Part shown: positions 6,266 through 12,688 of the stretch, in pieces
Position numbering within the stretch: the first letter of the stretch is position 1
Layout: the number at the start of each line of letters is the position of its first letter
Assembly: GCA_031414955.1 (NCBI GenBank)
Contig: JANOQV010000095.1
Location: 1 to 12,688 of the forward strand
DNA: 12,688 bases
DNA from: Pedosphaera sp.
Lineage (GTDB): Bacteria > Verrucomicrobiota > Verrucomicrobiia > Limisphaerales > SIBH01
Direction: 5' to 3'
Translations under genes and position numbers: made by a program
The notes under the pieces: model-generated
Seen by the model: the letters and a program-made list of their open reading frames with translations, nothing else
The model's database searches: none
What the model was told of the DNA's origin: nothing

Positions 6266-8893
6266 ATGAAAATCAAGTTCGACGGCCACCAGGGGTTCCA
6301 GTTGGACGCGATCCGCGCCGTCGTGGACGTGTTCGCGGGGCAGCCGCTCACACGGGCGGCGCTGCAATGGCAGAGCGACGCACTCGGCGGCGAACTGCTC
6401 ACGGAAATGGGCGTGGGCAATTCGCTGGTGCTGGGCGACGAGGCGATTCTGCGCAACGTCCGGCGAATTCAGGCAGAGAACGAAATTGGACCGAACGAAG
6501 AACTGTCAGGGTTGAACTTCTCGGTCGAGATGGAGACGGGCACGGGCAAGACCTACGTGTATCTGCGGACGCTGTTTGAACTCAACGCACGCTATGGCTG
6601 GAAGAAGTTCATCGTCGTCGTGCCGAGCGTGGCGATTCGCGAGGGCGTGTTGAACACGATTGCGCTGACGAAGGAACATTTCCAATCGCTCTACGGCAAC
6701 GCGCCGCTGGATAGCTGGGTCTATGACTCGGCGCAGGTGTCGAAGCTGCGGCAGTTCTCCGCCAGCAATCAGATGCAGTTGATGGTGATGAACATTCAGG
6801 CCTTCGACAAAAGCAGCACGGTCATCCAGAACACGAAAGACCAGATGAACGGGCGCAGGCCGATTGAGTTCATCCAGCACGCGCGGCCCGTGGTCGTCGT
6901 GGACGAACCGCAGAATCTGGCGACGGAGTTGCGGACGAAGGCTATCGAAAGTTTGAGCCCGCTCTGCACGCTGCGCTATTCGGCGACGCACAAGGATTAC
7001 TTCAACTTGGTCTATCGCCTCGATCCGGTGAAAGCGTACGACCTCCGGCTGGTTAAACGCATCGAAGTGGATTCGGTGGTGGACGGCGGCGATTTCAACC
7101 AGCCTTACATCGCGGTGAAGTCCATCACGGCCACGAAGACGCGCATCGCGGCGAAGCTGGAGCTAGATGTCGAGGGCGCGAGCGGTTGCAAACGCAAGAC
7201 AGTGACGGTGACGCAGGAGGGTGACTTGTTCGCGCTGTCGGGCGGGCGCGAGAACTACCGCGGCTACGAGGTGGATTTGATTGATGCGGGCAACCAATAC
7301 CTTCAGTTCAAGAACGGCGTGAGTCTGGCGGCGGGCCTCACGCACGGCGGGCGGACGGATGAGGTGTTGAAGATTCAGGTGCGCGAAACCATCCGCGAAC
7401 ATTTCGAGAAGGAGCTGCACATCGCGAAGCTGCCGGTGGATCAGCGGATGAAGGTGCTCTCGCTGTTCTTCGTGGATCGCGTGGCGCACTACGCGGAGGC
7501 GGACGGGAAATTCCGGCAGTGGTTTGTGGAGTTGTATGCGGAGCTGGCCGCGCTTCCGCGCTATGCCGGGTTGAATCCACTGGCAGTCGAGACAGTTCAC
7601 AACGGCTACTTCGCCGAGGACAAAGGCAAGGCGAAGGACACCACGGGTTCCACAAAGGCGGATGACGAGGCTTACCATCTCATCATGCGCGACAAGGAGC
7701 GGTTGCTTTCGATGAGCGAGCCGCTGCGCTTCATCTTCAGCCACTCGGCATTGCGCGAGGGCTGGGACAATCCGAACGTCTTCCAGATTTGCACGCTGCG
7801 GGAGATCAGCACGGAGCGGGAGCGGCGGCAGACCATCGGGCGCGGGCTGCGGCTGCCGGTGCGCGAGAATGGCGAGCGGTGCTTTGATCCCCTGATCAAC
7901 AAGCTCACGGTGGTGGCGAGCGAAAGCTTCAAGGAATTCGCGAAGAACTTGCAGGACGAGATGCAGCGGGAGTGCGGCGTGAACTTCGAGAACCGCATCC
8001 TGAACAAGCGCGAGCGGCGCAAGGGTGTGCTGAAGAAGCAGCGGCTGCTTGACCCGGACTTTCAGGCGCTCTGGGACAAGATCAAACGCAAGACGCGCTA
8101 TGCGGTGAAGTTTTCCACGGCGGAGTTGGTGGCACGTTCTGCGGGGGAGCTGAACGGGATGCCGGAGATCAAAGCGCCCTTCATCCGCCGGGAGAAGCAC
8201 GAGGTGTTCATGTCGCGGGAGGAAGGCGTCTTCGGCGAGGAGCGTTCCGCGCAGACCATCCGCGCGCCGGAATACCGCGCGCCGATTCCCGATTTACTCG
8301 GCTACCTGCAACGCGAGACGGAACTGACGCGCCCGACGCTGGCGGAGATTTTGCAGAAGTCAGAACGGCTCGATCAAGTCACGCGCAACCCGCAGCAGTT
8401 CCTCGAACACGCCGTCGCCGCTGTGCAGAAGTCACTCCACGACCTGATGGTGCAAGGCATCGAATACGAGCGCATCGCCGACGCGGAGTGGGAGATGCAC
8501 CGCTTGGAGAGCGACGAACTGGACAGCTACGTTTCGCGGTTGCTCGAAGTGCGGAACAGCCTTTACGACGTGGTGGAGTTTGAATCCAAGGTGGAATACG
8601 AATTCGCCAAGGCACTGGACGCACGCACGGACATCAAACTGTTCTTCAAGTTGCCCGACTGGTTCAAAGTCGAGACCCCGCTCGGCACTTACAATCCCGA
8701 CTGGGCGATCGTGCGCGAAGAGCCAGACGGCCAGCACAAGCTGTATCTCGTGCGCGAAACCAAAGGCACGACGGACTGGCTGAAGATTCCCGAACTCCAG
8801 CGGAAGAAAATCCAGTGCGGCAAGGCTCACTTCAAGGCCGTCGGACTCAAGGAAGGCGACTACGGTTGGGTGGTGTCGGCCCGCGACGTTTAG
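6266..8893 (+). CDS. res: Type III restriction endonuclease Res subunit (SF2 helicase-like ATPase plus PD-(D/E)xK nuclease; 875 aa)
   Basis: Starts MKIKFD..FQLDAI at the ATG at 6266. It contains Walker A EMETGTGKT, KFIVVVPSVAIREG, Walker B VVVDEPQ, LRYSATH, FIFSHSALREGWDNPNVFQICTL, QTIGRGLRL and the C-terminal nuclease YNPDWA...VRETKG. Confidence 0.96.
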   Translation: MKIKFDGHQGFQLDAIRAVVDVFAGQPLTRAALQWQSDALGGELLTEMGVGNSLVLGDEAILRNVRRIQAENEIGPNEELSGLNFSVEMETGTGKTYVYLRTLFELNARYGWKKFIVVVPSVAIREGVLNTIALTKEHFQSLYGNAPLDSWVYDSAQVSKLRQFSASNQMQLMVMNIQAFDKSSTVIQNTKDQMNGRRPIEFIQHARPVVVVDEPQNLATELRTKAIESLSPLCTLRYSATHKDYFNLVYRLDPVKAYDLRLVKRIEVDSVVDGGDFNQPYIAVKSITATKTRIAAKLELDVEGASGCKRKTVTVTQEGDLFALSGGRENYRGYEVDLIDAGNQYLQFKNGVSLAAGLTHGGRTDEVLKIQVRETIREHFEKELHIAKLPVDQRMKVLSLFFVDRVAHYAEADGKFRQWFVELYAELAALPRYAGLNPLAVETVHNGYFAEDKGKAKDTTGSTKADDEAYHLIMRDKERLLSMSEPLRFIFSHSALREGWDNPNVFQICTLREISTERERRQTIGRGLRLPVRENGERCFDPLINKLTVVASESFKEFAKNLQDEMQRECGVNFENRILNKRERRKGVLKKQRLLDPDFQALWDKIKRKTRYAVKFSTAELVARSAGELNGMPEIKAPFIRREKHEVFMSREEGVFGEERSAQTIRAPEYRAPIPDLLGYLQRETELTRPTLAEILQKSERLDQVTRNPQQFLEHAVAAVQKSLHDLMVQGIEYERIADAEWEMHRLESDELDSYVSRLLEVRNSLYDVVEFESKVEYEFAKALDARTDIKLFFKLPDWFKVETPLGTYNPDWAIVREEPDGQHKLYLVRETKGTTDWLKIPELQRKKIQCGKAHFKAVGLKEGDYGWVVSARDV

Positions 8894-8920
8894 CCGGAGA
8901 GCCAGAAATCTCCTGGCGCC

Positions 8921-9085
8921 CTCTGCGTTCTTTTGCGGCCATTCCATCCGTGTGCATCCGTGTCATCCGTGGCTCACCTCATCCGGTCGGCGGGAGAGGG
9001 AACACCTCCCCCTTGATCCTTCTCCCCAGCTGATGCGGAGAGGGAAATCAAAGAAGGGATTTGCCGGGTCGGAGTCCGGCGCTCC
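8921..9085. repeat. Cluster of solo or degenerate repeat arms between the convergent res and sulfatase genes
   Basis: CTCTGCGTTCTTTTGCGGC (8921-8939) is a right arm of the mod element family. ATCCGTG occurs three times (8946-8972). GGGAGAGGGA and TCTCCCC...GGAGAGGGA remnants lie at 8992-9045. GCCGGGTCGGAGTCCGGCGCTCC (9063-9085) is a GGAGCG-type arm on the reverse strand. Confidence 0.7.
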
Positions 9086-9117
9086 GGCCTCAGCGCCGGT
9101 GAGCGTCCATCATCGGT

Positions 9118-10509
9118 TCACTTCACCAGCCCGCTCCGGCGCCGTGCCTCGGTGCGCTGCTTTTGGTTGCCGACCATCGGCCACTCGGGAACATCGAAGT
9201 GCGCCTCGCTCATGAGCTTCCCGGCTTTCGTGATCAAGTCGGCGTGTTGCGCCGCCACATCGTGCTTCTCCGCCGAGTCGGTCTTGAGGTCGTAAAGTTC
9301 AAGGGCCTTATTCGGGCCGTTCTTCACCGCTTTCCAATCGCCGAAGCGCACGGCTTGAATGGACGGGCCTTCGTGAACCTCCCAGTAGAAGCAATCGCGC
9401 TTCGGGGCCGCGCCGCCCTTGAGGAACGACACCAGCGACAGGCCATCCGGCTTGAAGCCAGCGGGGATTTTCACGCCGGCCAGTTCCGCGGCGGTCGGCA
9501 GGAAATCCCAGAACGCCCAAGGCTCATCGCTCACACGCCCGGCCGGCACGACGCCCGGCCAGCGCGCGAGCGCCGCCTGCCGCAACGCGCCTTCGTACAG
9601 GCCGCGCTTGAAGCCGCGCAGTGCGCCGCCCATCGATTGGTCAAAGCGTTTACCCATTTCGGATTCCGGGCCGAAGGACGATCCATTGTCGCCCGCGATC
9701 ATCACCAGCGTCTTCTCGTCGAGCTTGAGTTCCTTGAGCAGCGCGAGCAACCGGCCCACGTCGGCATCGAGACGCGTGACCTGTGCCGCGTAAGCCTTCT
9801 GCGGTGGGGTCCAGTCGGTGTTGGCGTATTCGCCGAGGCTGTCGATTTCGTGGCGGCCGTGCGGAAGCGTGATGGCGTAGTAGAGGAAGAACGGCTTGTC
9901 CTTCTGCGCGCGCACCCAGCGCTCCACGTCCTGCTGAATCAACTCCTGCGCGTAAGTTTTGCCAATGCCCTTGCCGTCATTGCCCGGAAGCTCGAAGCGT
10001 TTGTCGTCGTTGTAGAGATAGTCCGGGAAGTAACTGTGCGCGTGGCGCTGGCAGTTGTAGCCGTAGAAATGATCGACGCCCTTCTTCAACGGGCTGCCCG
10101 TGGTGTCGAACATTCCCAGGCCCCACTTGCCCATGCACGCCGTGGCGTAGCCCGCGCCCTTGAGAATTTCCGCGACCGTGACGGTGGCGGCAGGCAACGG
10201 CTGCTGCCCTTCGCCCGGCGCGAGTTCCCAGTTTGCGCGAATCGGACCATGCCCGCTGTGCAGCCCCGTCATGAGCGACGCCCGGCTCGGCGCGCACACG
10301 CTCGTTCCGCAGTACGCCTGCGAGTAGCGCGTGCCCTCGCGCGCCATCCGGTCGAGGTGCGGCGTCTTGATCAGCTTCTGCCCGTAGCAGCCGAGATCGC
10401 CCATCGCGAGATCGTCGCTGAGAATGAAAACGAGGTTGGGCTTGTCGGCCGCGCGGGCCGGGCCGCCAAGGAAAACAAGGAGCGCCAGGACCGTGATGAA
10501 TTGTTTCAT
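9118..10509 (-). CDS. Secreted arylsulfatase, formylglycine-dependent S1 family (463 aa)
   Basis: Signal peptide [32 protein letters not shown], the sulfatase signature [12 protein letters not shown] (CxPxR), [17 protein letters not shown] and GFKRGLYEG. Confidence 0.95.
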   Translation of the reverse strand: MKQFITVLALLVFLGGPARAADKPNLVFILSDDLAMGDLGCYGQKLIKTPHLDRMAREGTRYSQAYCGTSVCAPSRASLMTGLHSGHGPIRANWELAPGEGQQPLPAATVTVAEILKGAGYATACMGKWGLGMFDTTGSPLKKGVDHFYGYNCQRHAHSYFPDYLYNDDKRFELPGNDGKGIGKTYAQELIQQDVERWVRAQKDKPFFLYYAITLPHGRHEIDSLGEYANTDWTPPQKAYAAQVTRLDADVGRLLALLKELKLDEKTLVMIAGDNGSSFGPESEMGKRFDQSMGGALRGFKRGLYEGALRQAALARWPGVVPAGRVSDEPWAFWDFLPTAAELAGVKIPAGFKPDGLSLVSFLKGGAAPKRDCFYWEVHEGPSIQAVRFGDWKAVKNGPNKALELYDLKTDSAEKHDVAAQHADLITKAGKLMSEAHFDVPEWPMVGNQKQRTEARRRSGLVK

Positions 10510-10521
10510 GCTCGGATGCGG

Positions 10522-11898
10522 TTACTGGGCCACGGCGTTCCGGCGGGCGGCCGGTTTCGCGGCGGCATTGCCCGGCGGCGCGGCATTCTTCAAGAAGGCG
10601 TCCAGACGCGCGCGCAGTTCCTTCACCCGCACGGGCTGCGTGGCGGCGAGGTTCTTCGTCTCACCGATGTCTTCGGCGAGATTGTATAGCTCCACGCTGT
10701 CCGTGGACTTCGGCTCGTCGCCAGGCGCTTCCTCGGCGTTCTTCTCACTGGCGTTGAGCAGCAGTTTCCAATCACCCATGCGCACCGCCGCTTTGCCAGG
10801 GACTGTGCCGAGCAGCAGGATGGCGTCGTGCGGAGACTTCGCGCCTTGTGTGAGCACCGGCCAGATGTCGAGGCCGTCGGGCGCGAGCTTTTGGGCGGTG
10901 GGAGCACCGGAGAGTTTGAGCAGCGTGGGATACCAGTCCACGGCGTGCATCGGTTCCTTGTTGTTGGTGTTAGGCAAAATCTTTCCGGGCCAGTTGGCGA
11001 AGGCGCACACGCGCATCCCGCCTTCATAGATGGTTCCTTTGCCGGCGCGCAACGGCGTGTTCATGGTCGCCCGGCCGGGATTGGGGCCGCCGTTGTCGCT
11101 GGAGAAAATGATGAGCGTGTTCTGGCGCAGACCTTTCTCGTCGAGCGCCGCAGTAATTTGTCCGATGGCCTCATCCACCGCCGCCAGCATCCCGGCGATG
11201 GTCCGGCGCGGCTCCTTCAAATCGCGGTAGGGAACCTTGTAACTGTCCGGTACCTGATGCGGCCCGTGGATGCCGTTGAACGGCACGTAGAGGAACAGCG
11301 GCTTGTCCGCCGGTTGATCGCGAATGATGCGGCAGGCTTCCTTCGCGACGAGATGCGTCGAGTAACCTTCTTCAACGGATCGTTTGTCATCGCGATACCA
11401 GTCGTGTTTCCCGTCGCGCTTGTGGGTGAAGTAATCAATCGCGCCAAACATGTGCCCATACTGGTGGTCAAAGCCGCGCCGCGTCGGGGTGTAATCCGGC
11501 TGGAACTCGCCGAGATGCCACTTGCCACAAATGAACGTCGCATAACCCGCCTCGCCCAACGCCTGCGGCAGCGTCCGTTCCGCGAGCGGGAGTCCCCACG
11601 GCGCACCCGGCCGCACGACTGTGTAAACGCCCGTGTGCGTCGCGTATCGTCCCGTGAGCAGCGCCGCGCGCGTCGGTGAGCAGACGGGCTGCACGTAGAA
11701 CGCATCAAGCACCGCGCCGCCCCTGGCCAGCTTGTCGATGTGCGGCGTGCGGATGTCTTTTCCGCCCATGAACCCGCAGTCCGCCCGCCCCAGATCGTCC
11801 ACGAGCAGATAAACGATGTTGGGTGGACGCTCCGCCGCGAGGGTGGAGCCGGTGAAAACGGACAACGCCGCCAGTAGGTAAATGAGCAGTCTCTTCAT
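10522..11898 (-). CDS. Secreted arylsulfatase (ARSB-like), formylglycine-dependent S1 family (~458 aa)
   Basis: Signal peptide MKRLLIYLLAALSVFTGSTLA (ATG at 11898, alternative 11904), PPNIVYLLVDDLG, signature VCSPTRAALLTGR, GKWHLG, SSDNGG and LRAGKGTIYEGG. A 12-bp gap to the next sulfatase suggests an operon. Confidence 0.95.
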   Translation of the reverse strand: MKRLLIYLLAALSVFTGSTLAAERPPNIVYLLVDDLGRADCGFMGGKDIRTPHIDKLARGGAVLDAFYVQPVCSPTRAALLTGRYATHTGVYTVVRPGAPWGLPLAERTLPQALGEAGYATFICGKWHLGEFQPDYTPTRRGFDHQYGHMFGAIDYFTHKRDGKHDWYRDDKRSVEEGYSTHLVAKEACRIIRDQPADKPLFLYVPFNGIHGPHQVPDSYKVPYRDLKEPRRTIAGMLAAVDEAIGQITAALDEKGLRQNTLIIFSSDNGGPNPGRATMNTPLRAGKGTIYEGGMRVCAFANWPGKILPNTNNKEPMHAVDWYPTLLKLSGAPTAQKLAPDGLDIWPVLTQGAKSPHDAILLLGTVPGKAAVRMGDWKLLLNASEKNAEEAPGDEPKSTDSVELYNLAEDIGETKNLAATQPVRVKELRARLDAFLKNAAPPGNAAAKPAARRNAVAQ

Positions 11899-12062
11899 AG
11901 CCATTGGGAGTGACACCGCAGTGTAAACCGAGGTTTTGGCGCAAATCCACCCTCGTATTCTGGAAATAGAGCGACAGGGCACCGCTCGTGTCTGACTCAT
12001 CGCTAACATCGTTTCGAGCCTCGCCTATGCCCACCGTGCGAGGCAGCACGGAATGGCAAACC

Positions 12063-12688
12063 TTACCGACGTGTGGTCGCGTTGGCCGCCAGGTATGCGC
12101 CACAGGACTCGCGCACCACCAGCCGCGGTGTCAGCGAGAAGTTGCGCGCCGGCAGGGTCGGCTCGGCCATGCGCTCCAGCATGGCCCGGAAGGCAATCAC
12201 GGCGATGTCACGACAGGGTTGGTGAATCGTGGTTAGCGGCGGTGAGACCAGCGTTGCGTACTTGGCGTCGTCGAAGCCGACCACGCGCACGTCGCGGGGA
12301 ACTTTGACGCCGCTGGCTTCGAGTGAACGCATCAGGATCGCGGCGGTGTCGTCGTTGGCGCAGATGAAGGCATCGGCTTGCTTGCCGGCCATTAGCTTCC
12401 GAACGAATTTCGCATCCGTCGGATCGCCGGTGTGCAACCAGCCGGGATTCGCCTCGAGCCGGTGACGGACCAGCGCCTCCCGCACGCCCGCGATGCGCGC
12501 ATCCACGGTGGGCGCCGAACGCGGCCGCGAGACAAAGCGCAGGCGGTGGCAGCCGAGCTTGATGAGATGCTCCGCCAGCAGGTAGCCGCCCGCCATGTTG
12601 TCGAGACCAACGAGATCGAAGTCGCTGCGGTTCGGGAACGGCACCAGGTCCCGGTCGATCAGCACCACGGGAATGCCGGCCTGGCGCA
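12063..12688 (-). CDS. LacI-type (or GntR-LacI hybrid) transcriptional regulator, C-terminal ligand-binding domain; 5' end lies beyond the window
   Basis: The frame stays open past the annotated start (RQAGIPVVLIDRD...). The motifs VGLDNMAGGYLLAEHLIKLGCHR, AFICANDDTA, KVPRDVRVVGFDD, PPLTTIHQP and LVVRES are typical of LacI-family effector domains. Confidence 0.92.
   Translation of the reverse strand, partial: RQAGIPVVLIDRDLVPFPNRSDFDLVGLDNMAGGYLLAEHLIKLGCHRLRFVSRPRSAPTVDARIAGVREALVRHRLEANPGWLHTGDPTDAKFVRKLMAGKQADAFICANDDTAAILMRSLEASGVKVPRDVRVVGFDDAKYATLVSPPLTTIHQPCRDIAVIAFRAMLERMAEPTLPARNFSLTPRLVVRESCGAYLAANATTRR

Noticed and set aside
34..11679. Long alternative ORFs (34-318, 355-756, 904-1959, 1763-3361, 1969-2856, 7163-8200, 9163-10689, 10828-11679 and others)
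   Set aside because: They are antisense or off-frame shadows of well-supported genes, as expected in high-GC DNA, and show no recognisable motifs.
12018..12044. Intrinsic terminator after the regulator (GCCTCGC/GCGAGGC)
   Set aside because: It has a 13-nt loop and no adjacent U-tract on the minus strand, so it is too weak to call.

Overview
This is a GC-rich bacterial window; the sulfatase content and repeat types suggest a PVC-superphylum organism such as Verrucomicrobiota (inference). From left to right it holds: the 5' part of a type I restriction-modification methyltransferase gene (hsdM, minus strand, running off the left edge and absent from the ORF track); a DUF1826-like gene; a divergent Tat-exported right-handed beta-helix (pectin-lyase-fold) protein; a structured 426-bp intergenic region; a complete type III R-M pair (mod, res); two tandem secreted Cys-type sulfatases; and the 3' part of a LacI-type regulator. 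The most unusual signal is a set of at least four families of small palindromic elements concentrated in and around the R-M genes. Three insertions are translated in frame inside the two DNA methyltransferases, one of them nested. A 215-bp compound inverted repeat separates mod from res, and a stack of solo arms follows res. Also notable are a low-GC target-recognition segment in mod and an unannotated ~114-nt rod-like hairpin, with a UUCG stem and a short leader ORF, upstream of mod.
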